From NCBI GenBank assembly GCA_023898525.1, contig CP060227.1, forward strand, positions 301,634-365,633: 64,000 nt of DNA, read 5' to 3'. Position 1 is the stretch's first letter, and every line of letters begins with the position of its first letter. The stretch comes from Candidatus Nomurabacteria bacterium. GTDB taxonomy: Bacteria; Patescibacteriota; Minisyncoccia; Phycocordibacterales; UBA918. The translations under genes and the position numbers were made by a program. The notes beneath the pieces are model-generated. The model had not been told where the DNA came from and did not search any database. It saw only the letters and a program-made list of their open reading frames with translations. This document shows, piece after piece, positions 9,392-18,400 of the stretch.

Positions 9392-11647
9392 TTATTTCGC
9401 CACCGCCACCGCTTCATCTAACTTCACCGACAAGAGTTTAGACACTCCATCTCCACCCATTGTTACCCCGTACAAGATACCAGCTCGGCTCATAGTCTCC
9501 CGATTGTGAGTGATAAGAATAAGTTGTGATTTCTTGGCCAACTCTTCGATCATATCACCATAGCGACGACTATTAGCTTCATCGAGCGCCGCATCGGTCT
9601 CATCAAGGATAATAAACGGCGGCGGATTCACCTGACTCATAGCAAAAATAAGGGCGATCGAAGTCAAGGCCCGTTCCCCGCCCGAAAGCATCTCAAGGCC
9701 TTTCACTCGCTTGTTTGGTAACTTAACCGCTAACTCAATACCGTTCTCTTTTTTCTTCGTCGACTCACCCTCTTCATCCACCTCGTCTTCTTCATCGGTT
9801 TTTGTAGTTACCTTTTCGAGCTTAGCCTCGCCACCGCCAAACATCAGTACAAAAAACCGGTTAAACTCGTTGGAAATTTTATCAATTCCCACCACAAACT
9901 GCTCTTCTAGTTTTTCATTGAGTTCAGCAATCAGTTCTCTTAACTTTTCAATTGATGCTTCGAGATCAGCTATTTCGTGAGCCAAAAATTCATCACGGGC
10001 TTTAGCGTCATTATATTCCTTTACCACATCTTCAGTGGCACCAATACCCATTTCCTCTAAACGAATCTTCAATTTTTCTAACTCATGCCGTCTTTGTCGC
10101 TGCACGCTCCTTTCTTCAGAAATTATACTTTCTTCGGCCACCTCCTTATCGTGTTCATCTTTAACTACAAAATCATAGTACTGTGAAGCCCCTCGCCCCA
10201 AAAGCGCCACCGCTTCTTGTAGTTCATCTTTAAATTCCTGACGATCACGATCTAAAACAGCTAGTTCTCGATCAATTTTTTCTATTTCACTTTCCAGTTC
10301 ACGACTTTGTCCAACCAAATGAAAGACTGCGCGCTCAGCTTCGCGTCCCTCGGTTGCTTCTTTTTGTCGCTTGCCTTCTAGTTCGGTATAGGCTGTCTTT
10401 GCTTCCACTTCACTCTCTTTAGCTTTAACAATTTTTTCTTCCAATTCTTTTAATTCCTTTTGCAAACGTGCAAGCTCAGCTTGATCAAGCTCCTGATTAT
10501 CATCCGGCACAGCTTCAGAACGTTCTACAAATAACTTTAGACGGTGCACTATGTCGGTAAGAGTCCGGTGGAGATAAGCTACCTCATCTTTTTTCGTAGC
10601 TTTTTCAACCTCTTGTTCAATCCTCTTTATTAGATCAGCCATTTCAGAGTACGGTATCGCTTTGCCTTTGTTTTCACTATTTCTTTTTTCATAGTCACGT
10701 AACCTCCTTTCCAAGAGAGAAATTTGACCCTCGTACTTACTATATTCGCGTTCTGCAACCTGTCTTTCTTCGGTCGCCTTACGTAACTTCTCATCTGCTT
10801 TCATAAAAGGTTCCAAATCTTGTTTGGACTCTGATTCTTTTAGAACCTTTTTTGCTTGCTCTAAGTCTTCTCTGGCTTTTTCTAAGTTTGCTTCCGGTTC
10901 CTTTCTCTTTTTAACCAAACGATCGTGATGATACGCAATGTAAGTATCCTCCCGTTTCAAATATTCAGCGTAAACGGTTTTTAACTGAGTCTGGAGTTCC
11001 AATGACTTTTCAATCTTTTGTACTTGGCGTTCAAGATATTTTAGATGTGGTGCCGCCTCTTTTCTCAACAGCTCCACTTGCGCAACATTATCTAATGTCT
11101 TTTTCAGCTTTTTGTCAGCTTCTTGCTTTTTATATTGATAAACTTTTAGTCCAAGTGCGTCTTCAATCATTTCCCGTCTTTCGCGTGCACCCGAACTCAA
11201 AATACGGTCTGCCTCACCTTGAGAAATAATATGATGACCGGTAGAACCAACATTAGCTGAAGCTAATAACTCTTGGATATCCTTAAGCCTTACATTTGAA
11301 TCATTGAGTAAATATTCGTTTTGTCCGTCACGGTGTACTACCCGCTCGATTTTAACTTCGTCAAAATCGAGCGGAAAAGTCCGCTTAGTATTATCAAGTA
11401 AAATCACTACACTGGCTCGATTACCCCTCGATACATCAGTTGAACCGCCCCAAATTAAGTCTTCACCCTTTTTACCACGCATTGACTTAACCGACTGTTC
11501 GCCTAAAACAAACCGAAAAGATTCAGCCACGTTACTCTTCCCTGAACCATTCGGTCCAACGATAGCCGTAATTGGTGCCGAGAACTCTAGCTCGCTTTTT
11601 TTGGCGAAAGACTTAAACCCAGAAATTGTTAGTTCTTTTAAATACAT
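9392..11647 (-). CDS. smc: SMC-family chromosome-segregation ATPase, short and hingeless (~751 aa)
   Basis: N-terminus MYLKELTISGFKSFAKK...ITAIVGPNGSGKSN (Walker A) and FRFVLGEQS. C-terminal signature LSGGERALTSIALIFAMSQVNPPPFIILDETDAALD (ABC signature plus Walker B) and ILYGVTM. The middle is continuous coiled coil with no recognisable ~150-aa hinge domain. Starting at MYLKEL (11647) rather than 11668 removes the overlap with the pilin gene. Confidence 0.8.
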   Translation of the reverse strand: MYLKELTISGFKSFAKKSELEFSAPITAIVGPNGSGKSNVAESFRFVLGEQSVKSMRGKKGEDLIWGGSTDVSRGNRASVVILLDNTKRTFPLDFDEVKIERVVHRDGQNEYLLNDSNVRLKDIQELLASANVGSTGHHIISQGEADRILSSGARERREMIEDALGLKVYQYKKQEADKKLKKTLDNVAQVELLRKEAAPHLKYLERQVQKIEKSLELQTQLKTVYAEYLKREDTYIAYHHDRLVKKRKEPEANLEKAREDLEQAKKVLKESESKQDLEPFMKADEKLRKATEERQVAEREYSKYEGQISLLERRLRDYEKRNSENKGKAIPYSEMADLIKRIEQEVEKATKKDEVAYLHRTLTDIVHRLKLFVERSEAVPDDNQELDQAELARLQKELKELEEKIVKAKESEVEAKTAYTELEGKRQKEATEGREAERAVFHLVGQSRELESEIEKIDRELAVLDRDRQEFKDELQEAVALLGRGASQYYDFVVKDEHDKEVAEESIISEERSVQRQRRHELEKLKIRLEEMGIGATEDVVKEYNDAKARDEFLAHEIADLEASIEKLRELIAELNEKLEEQFVVGIDKISNEFNRFFVLMFGGGEAKLEKVTTKTDEEDEVDEEGESTKKKENGIELAVKLPNKRVKGLEMLSGGERALTSIALIFAMSQVNPPPFIILDETDAALDEANSRRYGDMIEELAKKSQLILITHNRETMSRAGILYGVTMGGDGVSKLLSVKLDEAVAVAK

Positions 11648-11661
11648 TGCTGTGAATAATT

Positions 11662-12228
11662 TTACCAATCCTCGGCACCAATACTATAGACTGCGTAAGT
11701 TCTACTGTTTGCGTCGGCCGGTGTGGCTGTAGGACAAGCTCCACCCTGTCGCGGACAACGAGCAAACTCATCTCCATAACTTGAGACAGCTAACGACTCA
11801 ACCGTGTCATACACCATCAGCTTATAAGCTGTACCAGCCGCGTTGGTCATATAATAAAATCCTTTATTTGGTTCGTTTTCAGATTTTGGATCAGTTGGTA
11901 AAGTAGCTGTAAAGTCGGGAGTTAGACCCAATATATATTTAACAGACGGACCACAAGCCACCTTATCACCAGAGTCGGTACCTCCACTTGGTCCAGCGAA
12001 AGACGTCCCCGGCGTACCACAACCTTGCTCCGGATAACGATCGTTTTGGGCTTTGTATAACTGAATAGCTAGTTGCAATTCTTTCAATTCTGATAATCGC
12101 GTTTTATCACGAGCTTGTTTACGAGCATCATCAAAAGCGGCAAATAATATAGCTGATAAGAGGCCAATAATCGCAATAACGACTAGCAACTCAATTAAAG
12201 TAAAAGCTTTGGTGTTTTTTTTATACAT
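11662..12228 (-). CDS. Type IV pilin-like protein (prepilin-type N-terminal domain)
   Basis: The N-terminus KAFTLIELLVVIAIIGLL is a class-III signal / N-methylation motif, with Ala in place of the usual Gly at -1. A Cys-containing C-terminal domain follows. Confidence 0.75.
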   Translation of the reverse strand: MYKKNTKAFTLIELLVVIAIIGLLSAILFAAFDDARKQARDKTRLSELKELQLAIQLYKAQNDRYPEQGCGTPGTSFAGPSGGTDSGDKVACGPSVKYILGLTPDFTATLPTDPKSENEPNKGFYYMTNAAGTAYKLMVYDTVESLAVSSYGDEFARCPRQGGACPTATPADANSRTYAVYSIGAEDW

Positions 12229-12249
12229 AATTCACTTATATTTATTTTA

Positions 12250-12915
12250 TCACCTGCATATAACAGTGGAAGTGTCTCTAATTTTTATGGTTTCCGAAAC
12301 AGAATTGACCAAAGGAGCGAATCCTCCCCAAACAGCATACGACTTTTGGTAGCGACTATCATTAGTCTTGCACCAGGCGGGAGTATTGTTACCATTCCAA
12401 GGTGGGTTTACACAAAAACCAGCTTTGTACGGATCAGAAGAACCACTACCATCCCAATCACAACTCTTAAACTCATGCTTGTAGTCTATTGAGTCCGCTT
12501 CGACTGAGTTCATCGCCATGATTTTATAGACAGTACCGGCGGTATTGGTACGGTATACATATCCATAATCTCCTGAACCAGACTTAGGGTCAACCGGTAG
12601 CACCGAAATAAATTCTGGAGCTAGATTAACGATATACTGTGTATTATTACCACTACAAGCATAGTTAGTACCCTGTTCACCGGACCACTGATCCGCCCCT
12701 CTACAACCCTCCGGATAACGACCGTACTTATTTTTATAAAGCTCTACCGCGTTTTGCAGAGCCCGCAAGTCAGCTTGTCTTTCCGTGTCACGTGACTGCT
12801 TTCCGGCGTCAGAAGTATTAAACATAACAACTGCCACCAAAATACCAATTATGGCAATTACTACCATAATCTCGATTAAAGTGAATCCGCGATAATAAAA
12901 ATGCCTCATCTTCAT
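12250..12915 (-). CDS. Type IV pilin (prepilin with canonical RGFTLIE motif)
   Basis: The N-terminus MRHFYYRGFTLIEIMVVIAIIGILVA is a textbook prepilin peptidase site followed by the hydrophobic alpha1 helix. C-terminal Cys residues are present. Confidence 0.85.
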   Translation of the reverse strand: MKMRHFYYRGFTLIEIMVVIAIIGILVAVVMFNTSDAGKQSRDTERQADLRALQNAVELYKNKYGRYPEGCRGADQWSGEQGTNYACSGNNTQYIVNLAPEFISVLPVDPKSGSGDYGYVYRTNTAGTVYKIMAMNSVEADSIDYKHEFKSCDWDGSGSSDPYKAGFCVNPPWNGNNTPAWCKTNDSRYQKSYAVWGGFAPLVNSVSETIKIRDTSTVICR

Positions 12916-13029
12916 ATAAAAAAGTATAGCACGACCATTAAATTTGTACGGATAAATAATGTGATTAGTTAGACAAAAGCCCCGCGCCTACGGCACGGGG
13001 CTTTTGTCTAACTAATCACATTTTACAAA

Positions 13030-13740
13030 CTAACCCCAACCCTTAGTCGCAATCGCCTGTTCAGCGGCTTGTTGCTCAGCTTCCTGCTTAGACCGTCCTT
13101 TACCTTCCGCTACTTTTTCATGCCGCAAGAAGACGCCAACGGTAAAGACTCGATCGTGGTCTGGCCCATCTTGAGATAAAGTTTCGTAAGTCGGTGTAAT
13201 CGAAGCCCTCTCCTGCGCCAATTCCTGAAAACGACTCTTGGCATCTTGCCACAATCGTTTCTGAACAATCTCTTCAGTGTTTTTAAATAGTCGCCCGGCA
13301 ATAAAATCGCGAGCCGCCTCATATCCCTGATCCAAATATATAGCACCAATACAAGCTTCAAAGACGTTAGCTAAAATATATTGCCTAGCTCGCCCCTCAT
13401 CCTTGGCCTCACCTTTAGACATCAAAAGATATTGATTTACACCCAATTGCTCCGAAGCAGATGATAAGGACACAGTATTGACCAAAGCTGCACGCACAGC
13501 CGTAAGTTCCCCTTCTGGCTTATCTGGATACTTGGAAAATAAGTGGTCTGTAACCACCAATTCCAAAACTGCATCACCCAAAAACTCCAGACGCTCATTA
13601 TGATCCCAAGTCGCCTCACGATGTTCATTTAAATATGAACGATGGGTTACCGCTGACAACAACAAGTTCATATCTTTAAAAGTAACACCTAGAATCGCTT
13701 GTAAAGCTTCTAAATCGCTATCAATATTTCTTTCTTCCAT
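13030..13740 (-). CDS. rnc: Ribonuclease III
   Basis: RNase III signature ERLEFLGDAVLELVVTDHLF, plus a C-terminal dsRBD (KSRFQELAQE...GKGRSKQEAEQQAAEQA). Confidence 0.9.
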   Translation of the reverse strand: MEERNIDSDLEALQAILGVTFKDMNLLLSAVTHRSYLNEHREATWDHNERLEFLGDAVLELVVTDHLFSKYPDKPEGELTAVRAALVNTVSLSSASEQLGVNQYLLMSKGEAKDEGRARQYILANVFEACIGAIYLDQGYEAARDFIAGRLFKNTEEIVQKRLWQDAKSRFQELAQERASITPTYETLSQDGPDHDRVFTVGVFLRHEKVAEGKGRSKQEAEQQAAEQAIATKGWG

Positions 13741-13779
13741 AAATCTATTCCCTAAAATAAGTATATCGGGAGATTAGCA

Positions 13780-14682
13780 TTATTTACCGCGTCTGCCAAC
13801 CAGCATTGTGATTGCCTTAGTAACTATTGGCAAAATATCTTCATAAAAGTTAAGCTCAAGAATGTCGGCCACTCGAAACCAACGAGCGTCATCTAAGCCA
13901 CCCTTTTTCGCCAAAACGACATCTTGGTACGGGGACTTGGCAAGGAAATAATGAGCCTGTTTTCGAACCTTGCCGCGCTCTGGCTGTGACGCTATATACT
14001 CATTATTGCCCAGCTCCACTTCCACCTCTACCGGCAAGCCAATCTCTTCCAGAATAGCCCTGGTCGCACCTTGCTCAACAGTCTCCTCTTCCTTAACCTT
14101 GCTTTTAGACAAAGTCCAGTGGCCGAAAATATCATGGACTAAAGCCAGATATATTTCACCATTTTCTTCAGCATAAACCACTGCTCCTGACAAACGTTCA
14201 ATCGGCATTTGGTCAAACGGCACATCCTTTTTACGTTTTTTACTTACCTCATCTTTACCAGGTTCTCCCATTTCTTTATAGACCGCACCCAACACCCCGT
14301 TTACAAACCGGCTGCTATTATCACCACCAAATTGCTTTGCCAGCTCAATCGCTTCATTGATAGCCACCTTAGCTGGCACCTCTGACCGCTCAGCAAACAA
14401 AAGCTCATAAAGGCCGAGTCTTAAAATATTGCGATCAACCGGTGAAATACGTTCAATCGGCCACTCGGGCGCAGCCTTGGTGATCACCAAATCAAGCTCT
14501 GACTGCTTACTCAAAACACCGTTCAAAAGCTTCTCCATGAACGGTCGGTCGGTCTTATTGGGAGCAAATTCTTCTATATTCCTATCTAAAACCTCAACCA
14601 CTTCTTTTTTATCAATACTATTTAAATCCCACTCAAAGAGTGATTGCAGAACTATACTACGTGAAAGATGTCTGTTTGCCAT
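13780..14682 (-). CDS. nusB: NusB (transcription antitermination factor) fused to a C-terminal Nudix-like hydrolase domain
   Basis: Residues 1-140 align with NusB (RSIVLQSLFEWDL; VDRNILRLGLYELLF; VPAKVAINEAIELAKQFGGDNSSRFVNGVLGAV). Residues ~160-300 carry a degenerate Nudix box: SKVKEEETVEQGATRAILEEIGL matches Gx5Ex7REUxEExGU with G->S and RE->RA. Confidence 0.75.
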   Translation of the reverse strand: MANRHLSRSIVLQSLFEWDLNSIDKKEVVEVLDRNIEEFAPNKTDRPFMEKLLNGVLSKQSELDLVITKAAPEWPIERISPVDRNILRLGLYELLFAERSEVPAKVAINEAIELAKQFGGDNSSRFVNGVLGAVYKEMGEPGKDEVSKKRKKDVPFDQMPIERLSGAVVYAEENGEIYLALVHDIFGHWTLSKSKVKEEETVEQGATRAILEEIGLPVEVEVELGNNEYIASQPERGKVRKQAHYFLAKSPYQDVVLAKKGGLDDARWFRVADILELNFYEDILPIVTKAITMLVGRRGK

Positions 14683-14785
14683 AAAAAATGTACTAAAATA
14701 ACTATATTACTACTGAGCTCAGTATAGCACGAGCCCAAATTCAAGATTACCTAAATCCACAAAAGCCCCTTTAGGGGCTTAAAGT

Positions 14786-15079
14786 TTATTTTGAAGCTGG
14801 TGCTAATTCTGGAGCAGTTTCAGCTGGAGTTTCTGACTCAGTCACTTCTTCACCGCGACGCGCTTCACGCTTGGCTTTTACTCGAGCGTCTCGGTCTTTC
14901 TTTTTAGCTGCTAAATCAAGTACCACGCGGTCCTTATAAAAACCACAACTAAGACACATGTGGTGTGGCCGGTGCATATCACCGCAGTTCTTGCAGGTAG
15001 CCAAATTAGGCGCCTTAAGAGCGTGATGTGAACGGCGGTTGGCGGTGTGTGACCGCGTATGTCGCATTCGAATTACCAT
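14786..15079 (-). CDS. rpmF: 50S ribosomal protein bL32 with a C-terminal basic/acidic extension
   Basis: RHTRSHTANRRSHHAL...CKNCGDMHRPHHMCLSCGFYKDRVV matches the bL32 Zn-ribbon consensus. The start may be the internal MRHT (15067). Confidence 0.82.
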   Translation of the reverse strand: MVIRMRHTRSHTANRRSHHALKAPNLATCKNCGDMHRPHHMCLSCGFYKDRVVLDLAAKKKDRDARVKAKREARRGEEVTESETPAETAPELAPASK

Positions 15080-15157
15080 AGTGGCGAAACTATAGCAAAT
15101 TCTGGTAAAAAAGCAATGTCTCTTCCTTGCTTAATCATCAAATCATTAAAATTAGAA

Positions 15158-15194
15158 TAGAGGGGAAATTTGGCGGAGCCAAATTTCCCCTCTA
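15158..15194. other. Perfect 14-bp stem-loop (tagaggggaaattt / aaatttcccctcta)
   Basis: Read directly from the sequence. It sits upstream of rpmF at the edge of a ~750-bp non-coding, highly structured region, and could be a terminator for either strand. Confidence 0.4.
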
Positions 15195-15881
15195 TTTAAA
15201 TATTAAGTATCAAAAAAGCACAGATAACCAAATCTGTGCTGTCTTCCCAGGTGCTGATGGCTAATGACTCAAGCCTTTCGGCGAATCAACCATCAGCACC
15301 TTAACGTTAGTAAGTAATGCGAGATAACCAGTATCTCTAACCAACACTGCAACCGACAGTGTCAGGAGCACACAAAAATGACCATTACTTTGGTAGCCAT
15401 CAAACAAGCTACACGTTATCATTTAAGAGCTTCTATACTTACTTGAAACCAACAGGTGTAAAGGATCACGGTCTTCTTCGTGAATCTGAATGGCACTTTC
15501 TCTAGGCCACCAATCACTGTATAACAATGTCACTAATATATACAAACAATCCTTCCTATAAATGCAGTCTTTTTAGCTTTTTAAAGAAAACTACACTTAA
15601 TGTTAAGAATTAATACACTGTGTGTATTTTTAATTGTCAGTATTCATGAATTATACTATTAACTCATGTCCCATTAACTATGTAACGACACTCACGTCTA
15701 TATTACACTGGGCAGGTTAGGCATTGCCACTTGAGCATTACAAGTTCGCGGTACGAGAATATCAAACATCAAACCTCGTCTTCCCCGGAACCCCTGTTTT
15801 CAACGAACGCATTGATGTATAATCTTTAATCAATGTTTCAATATCATAGCAGATTTAAAACATTTGTCAAGCCTTTTTGCC

Positions 15882-16917
15882 TGAATTCTCACCCTAATTG
15901 CACAATCCTTTGCACCCTAATTGCACAGGTCAAGATGACATACATACTGCTTTTGTATGTCACACAAACAAATAGGACCGGAAGACTGGCCGGTTATTTC
16001 ACGTATGCTCAAAGCGGGATACTCAGGAGTGGAGATTGCGCACATTATCAACAAAGATCCAAGTGCGGTTAATAGACATATTAAAGCGTATGGTGGTCGG
16101 GATAGATACGATGCTCGCGAGGTTCGCAGAAAGAAAAAACAGGCACGTATCATTGCTATGGAAGGTACTAGAATACTCAAAGGAGTATTATTACGAGAAG
16201 TGAAACGATTATTAAAACAACACTACTCACCGGAACAGATAGTCGGAGTACGTGATGACATCTCTGCGAGCACTATCTACCGATACATTAACGAACGAGC
16301 TCCACACCTTAAACAATTTCTTCGTTCTCAGAAAGGCAAGTATCGGCGCAAACGAGGCACCAAAATACGTGAAAAAGTTCGTGAAAGAGCCAAGAAACGT
16401 CGTATTGATGAACGACCGCCCATTATTGAACGTCGCTCCCGTTTGGGAGATTGGGAGGGAGATACTATGCTGGGAAGAGACAAACGAGTACGTATTGTCA
16501 CCTTCGTTGATCGCAGAAGCGGGTATCTAATTGCGTATCTTCTGCCAAAATTAAATGCTACTTTACTCACTAAACTGGCGGTGGAAAAATTCAGGCGTAT
16601 ACCCAAAAACAAACGAAAGACCGCTACCTTTGATAACGGTACCGAGTTCAGTGACTGGGAACGGTTTGAGAAACAAACGAGTATGACTGTGTACTTTGCT
16701 TATCCATACCACTCTTGGGAGCGTGGTACCAATGAAAATACTAACGGGCTACTTCGACAATATTTTCCGAAAGACTTGGATTTCAACACCATTACTCCAC
16801 AAGAACTTTCTGAAGCGGTTCGTCGTATAAATCATCGTCCTAGAAAGAGACATAATTTCAAGTCTCCACATCAGATATTTTGGAAGTGATGGTCTGTGCA
16901 ATTAGGGTGGTGATTCA
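15882..16917 (+). mobile_element. IS30-family insertion sequence (~1.04 kb), apparently intact
   Basis: The terminal inverted repeats are tgaattctcaccctaattgcacaa (left) and ctgtgcaattagggtggtgattca (right); 20 of 24 positions match. The core caccctaattgcaca is perfect. A single transposase ORF fills the element. A second direct copy of the left-IR core (15913-15928) lies 7 bp inside the first. Confidence 0.72.
15957..16889 (+). CDS. IS30-family DDE transposase
   Basis: N-terminal HTH (SGVEIAHIINKDPSAVNRHIKAY). The DDE triad context is DWEGDTM ... TFDNGTEF ... HSWERGTNENTNGLLRQYFPK, characteristic of IS30 transposases. 310 aa with no frameshift. Confidence 0.88.
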   Translation: MSHKQIGPEDWPVISRMLKAGYSGVEIAHIINKDPSAVNRHIKAYGGRDRYDAREVRRKKKQARIIAMEGTRILKGVLLREVKRLLKQHYSPEQIVGVRDDISASTIYRYINERAPHLKQFLRSQKGKYRRKRGTKIREKVRERAKKRRIDERPPIIERRSRLGDWEGDTMLGRDKRVRIVTFVDRRSGYLIAYLLPKLNATLLTKLAVEKFRRIPKNKRKTATFDNGTEFSDWERFEKQTSMTVYFAYPYHSWERGTNENTNGLLRQYFPKDLDFNTITPQELSEAVRRINHRPRKRHNFKSPHQIFWK

Positions 16918-17021
16918 AGTTGGCTCAAATTTGGCTTATTTTTATGTAAAATCGTTATTTTAAGCCTTATTTTGTATATCTGTATAATACACGACTGCTT
17001 TATTGTTAATGATTAAAATAA

Positions 17022-17070
17022 ACAAGGCACGTATTTATATAAGAAATTTATATAAGAAACACGTGCCTTT
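17022..17070 (-). terminator. Terminator hairpin downstream of the 17082..17309 gene
   Basis: aaggcacgt...acgtgcctt 9-bp stem with a T-rich tail on the minus strand. The loop contains a direct repeat of atttatataagaa. Confidence 0.4.
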
Positions 17071-17081
17071 AATGTGTGTAC

Positions 17082-17309
17082 TTAATAGACCCTTAGCCAC
17101 ACAAGTATTAAAAGTAATATAACCAACGTCCAGCCAATATATTCAGCTAGAGCCAAAACTGCAAAAAACAAACTCGCAAACAAACTCAATATGAGACCAA
17201 TAGCGATAAATGCTAAAAAAACAGATCCTATAAGTACTGGAGCAATTCCAACACTCATCAGTATATATGGTTCAATCCTTTTATTTAAAACCTTTCTGTT
17301 AATGTTCAT
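17082..17309 (-). CDS. Small hydrophobic membrane protein (2 TM)
   Basis: 75 aa, almost entirely hydrophobic helices. Confidence 0.35.
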   Translation of the reverse strand: MNINRKVLNKRIEPYILMSVGIAPVLIGSVFLAFIAIGLILSLFASLFFAVLALAEYIGWTLVILLLILVWLRVY

Positions 17310-17376
17310 TACCCACCCCTTTTGTTTGTATATTTAAGAACACTTGCCAAGTTTTATATAAAATAAAATACAATAT

Positions 17377-18030
17377 TTACTTTATAATGTCAATTATTCC
17401 GTTAGACATCTGTTCTATGCTCCGACAAAAACTCACCCGATGCTGGCTACTTAAACCATTCTCAGATACTGCCTGCCGGTGGGCCTTGGTACCATACCCC
17501 TTATGTTTAGCAAAGTCATAGATGACAAATTCTGACTTTTTTGCCAACCTTTCCATATATCTATCTCTAGTTACCTTGGCCACAATCGAAGCTAGTCCAA
17601 TCACTTTTTCTTTACCGTCTCCTTTCACTATCATCTCTTGATTTACAAACTCAGCTGGCGCTTTCAGTCCCCCATCCAGCTTCACCTCAATTGTCCCGAG
17701 GGGAACCCTCGGGGAAATTGTAGTGACTTTTTTAAGTCCGCGTTTCATAGCCAGTCTAATAGCTGGAACGATACCTATTTTGTCTATTACTGATGAGTTG
17801 ACTAAGGATACAGCAAAACTTAGTTGACCAGCTTTTTTCAACTGCTGAGCTTGCCGGAAAATCGCTTCGCGATTTTCCGGCTTCAACCGCTTACTATCAT
17901 TCACTCCAGGAAGCACGCTCCAATCAAAGTCAGCCGGTACCATTACTATCCCAACACCCACTGGTCCCGCCAACGGCCCACGTCCCACTTCGTCAATACC
18001 AATTAACCATTTTATATTCTTTTTACCCAT
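17377..18030 (-). CDS. rnhB: Ribonuclease HII
   Basis: GIDEVGRGPLAGPV active-site motif and the DSK/RNase HII fold hallmarks. 217 aa. Confidence 0.9.
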   Translation of the reverse strand: MGKKNIKWLIGIDEVGRGPLAGPVGVGIVMVPADFDWSVLPGVNDSKRLKPENREAIFRQAQQLKKAGQLSFAVSLVNSSVIDKIGIVPAIRLAMKRGLKKVTTISPRVPLGTIEVKLDGGLKAPAEFVNQEMIVKGDGKEKVIGLASIVAKVTRDRYMERLAKKSEFVIYDFAKHKGYGTKAHRQAVSENGLSSQHRVSFCRSIEQMSNGIIDIIK

Positions 18031-18253
18031 CTAAATGTATCTTTATGAAATCGCTTGACAATACTATCTTATGGAGTATACTCCAAATAGTTCGTTTTGT
18101 CTTAGGGGGTTACCCCACCTGTTTTTAGGAGTTTTAATTAACTTAAGTTTGCAAGGATGCACTCTTAGTAGTGGGGAACTTTAAAAGTTTCTATATGCTT
18201 GAGTTACATTAAATCAATTTTTAACAGAATTACGTGAATAACAAAACATGAAC

Positions 18254-18300
18254 TATGCCGTCATTCCCTCTGGGTCTGACGGCATCATTTTATATTTTTT
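18254..18300 (+). terminator. Rho-independent terminator-like hairpin in the rnhB-dnaE intergenic region
   Basis: atgccgtca...tgacggcat stem followed by cattttatattttttg. Confidence 0.4.
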
Positions 18301-18330
18301 GAGCTAAAACAAAATAAAAACCCTCCCAGA

Positions 18331-18362
18331 CACCGCCCCCAAGCGGTGTTCTTTTTTTTATT
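18331..18362 (+). terminator. Second terminator-like hairpin (acaccgc/gcggtgt) followed by T9
   Basis: A GC-rich 7-bp stem with a ttctttttttta tail lies 40 nt before the dnaE start. It could be an attenuator or the end of a small RNA. Confidence 0.4.
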
Positions 18363-18400
18363 TTTTACCTCTACACACAAAATGCTATACTGTCCGCACT

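Noticed and set aside
11648-11668. Apparent 7-bp overlap between smc and the downstream pilin gene
   Set aside because: It is resolved by starting smc at the conserved MYLKEL (11647), which matches SMC N-termini.
15100-15881. RNase P RNA, tmRNA or SRP RNA in the ORF-free region
   Set aside because: The universally conserved cores were not found by eye: GGAAAGUCCGG and CCGGCUUA for RNase P, the GGUUCGAAUCC-type T-arm plus an ALAA tag end for tmRNA, and GGAA/AGCAGCC of SRP domain IV. A weak CCAGGU and GAAA-tetraloop resemblance to SRP helix 8 did not extend. The region is kept only as an unclassified structured region.
16252-16612. ORFs 16252..16530 (+) and 16328..16612 (-) inside the IS element
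   Set aside because: They overlap the intact IS30 transposase reading frame and have no independent support.
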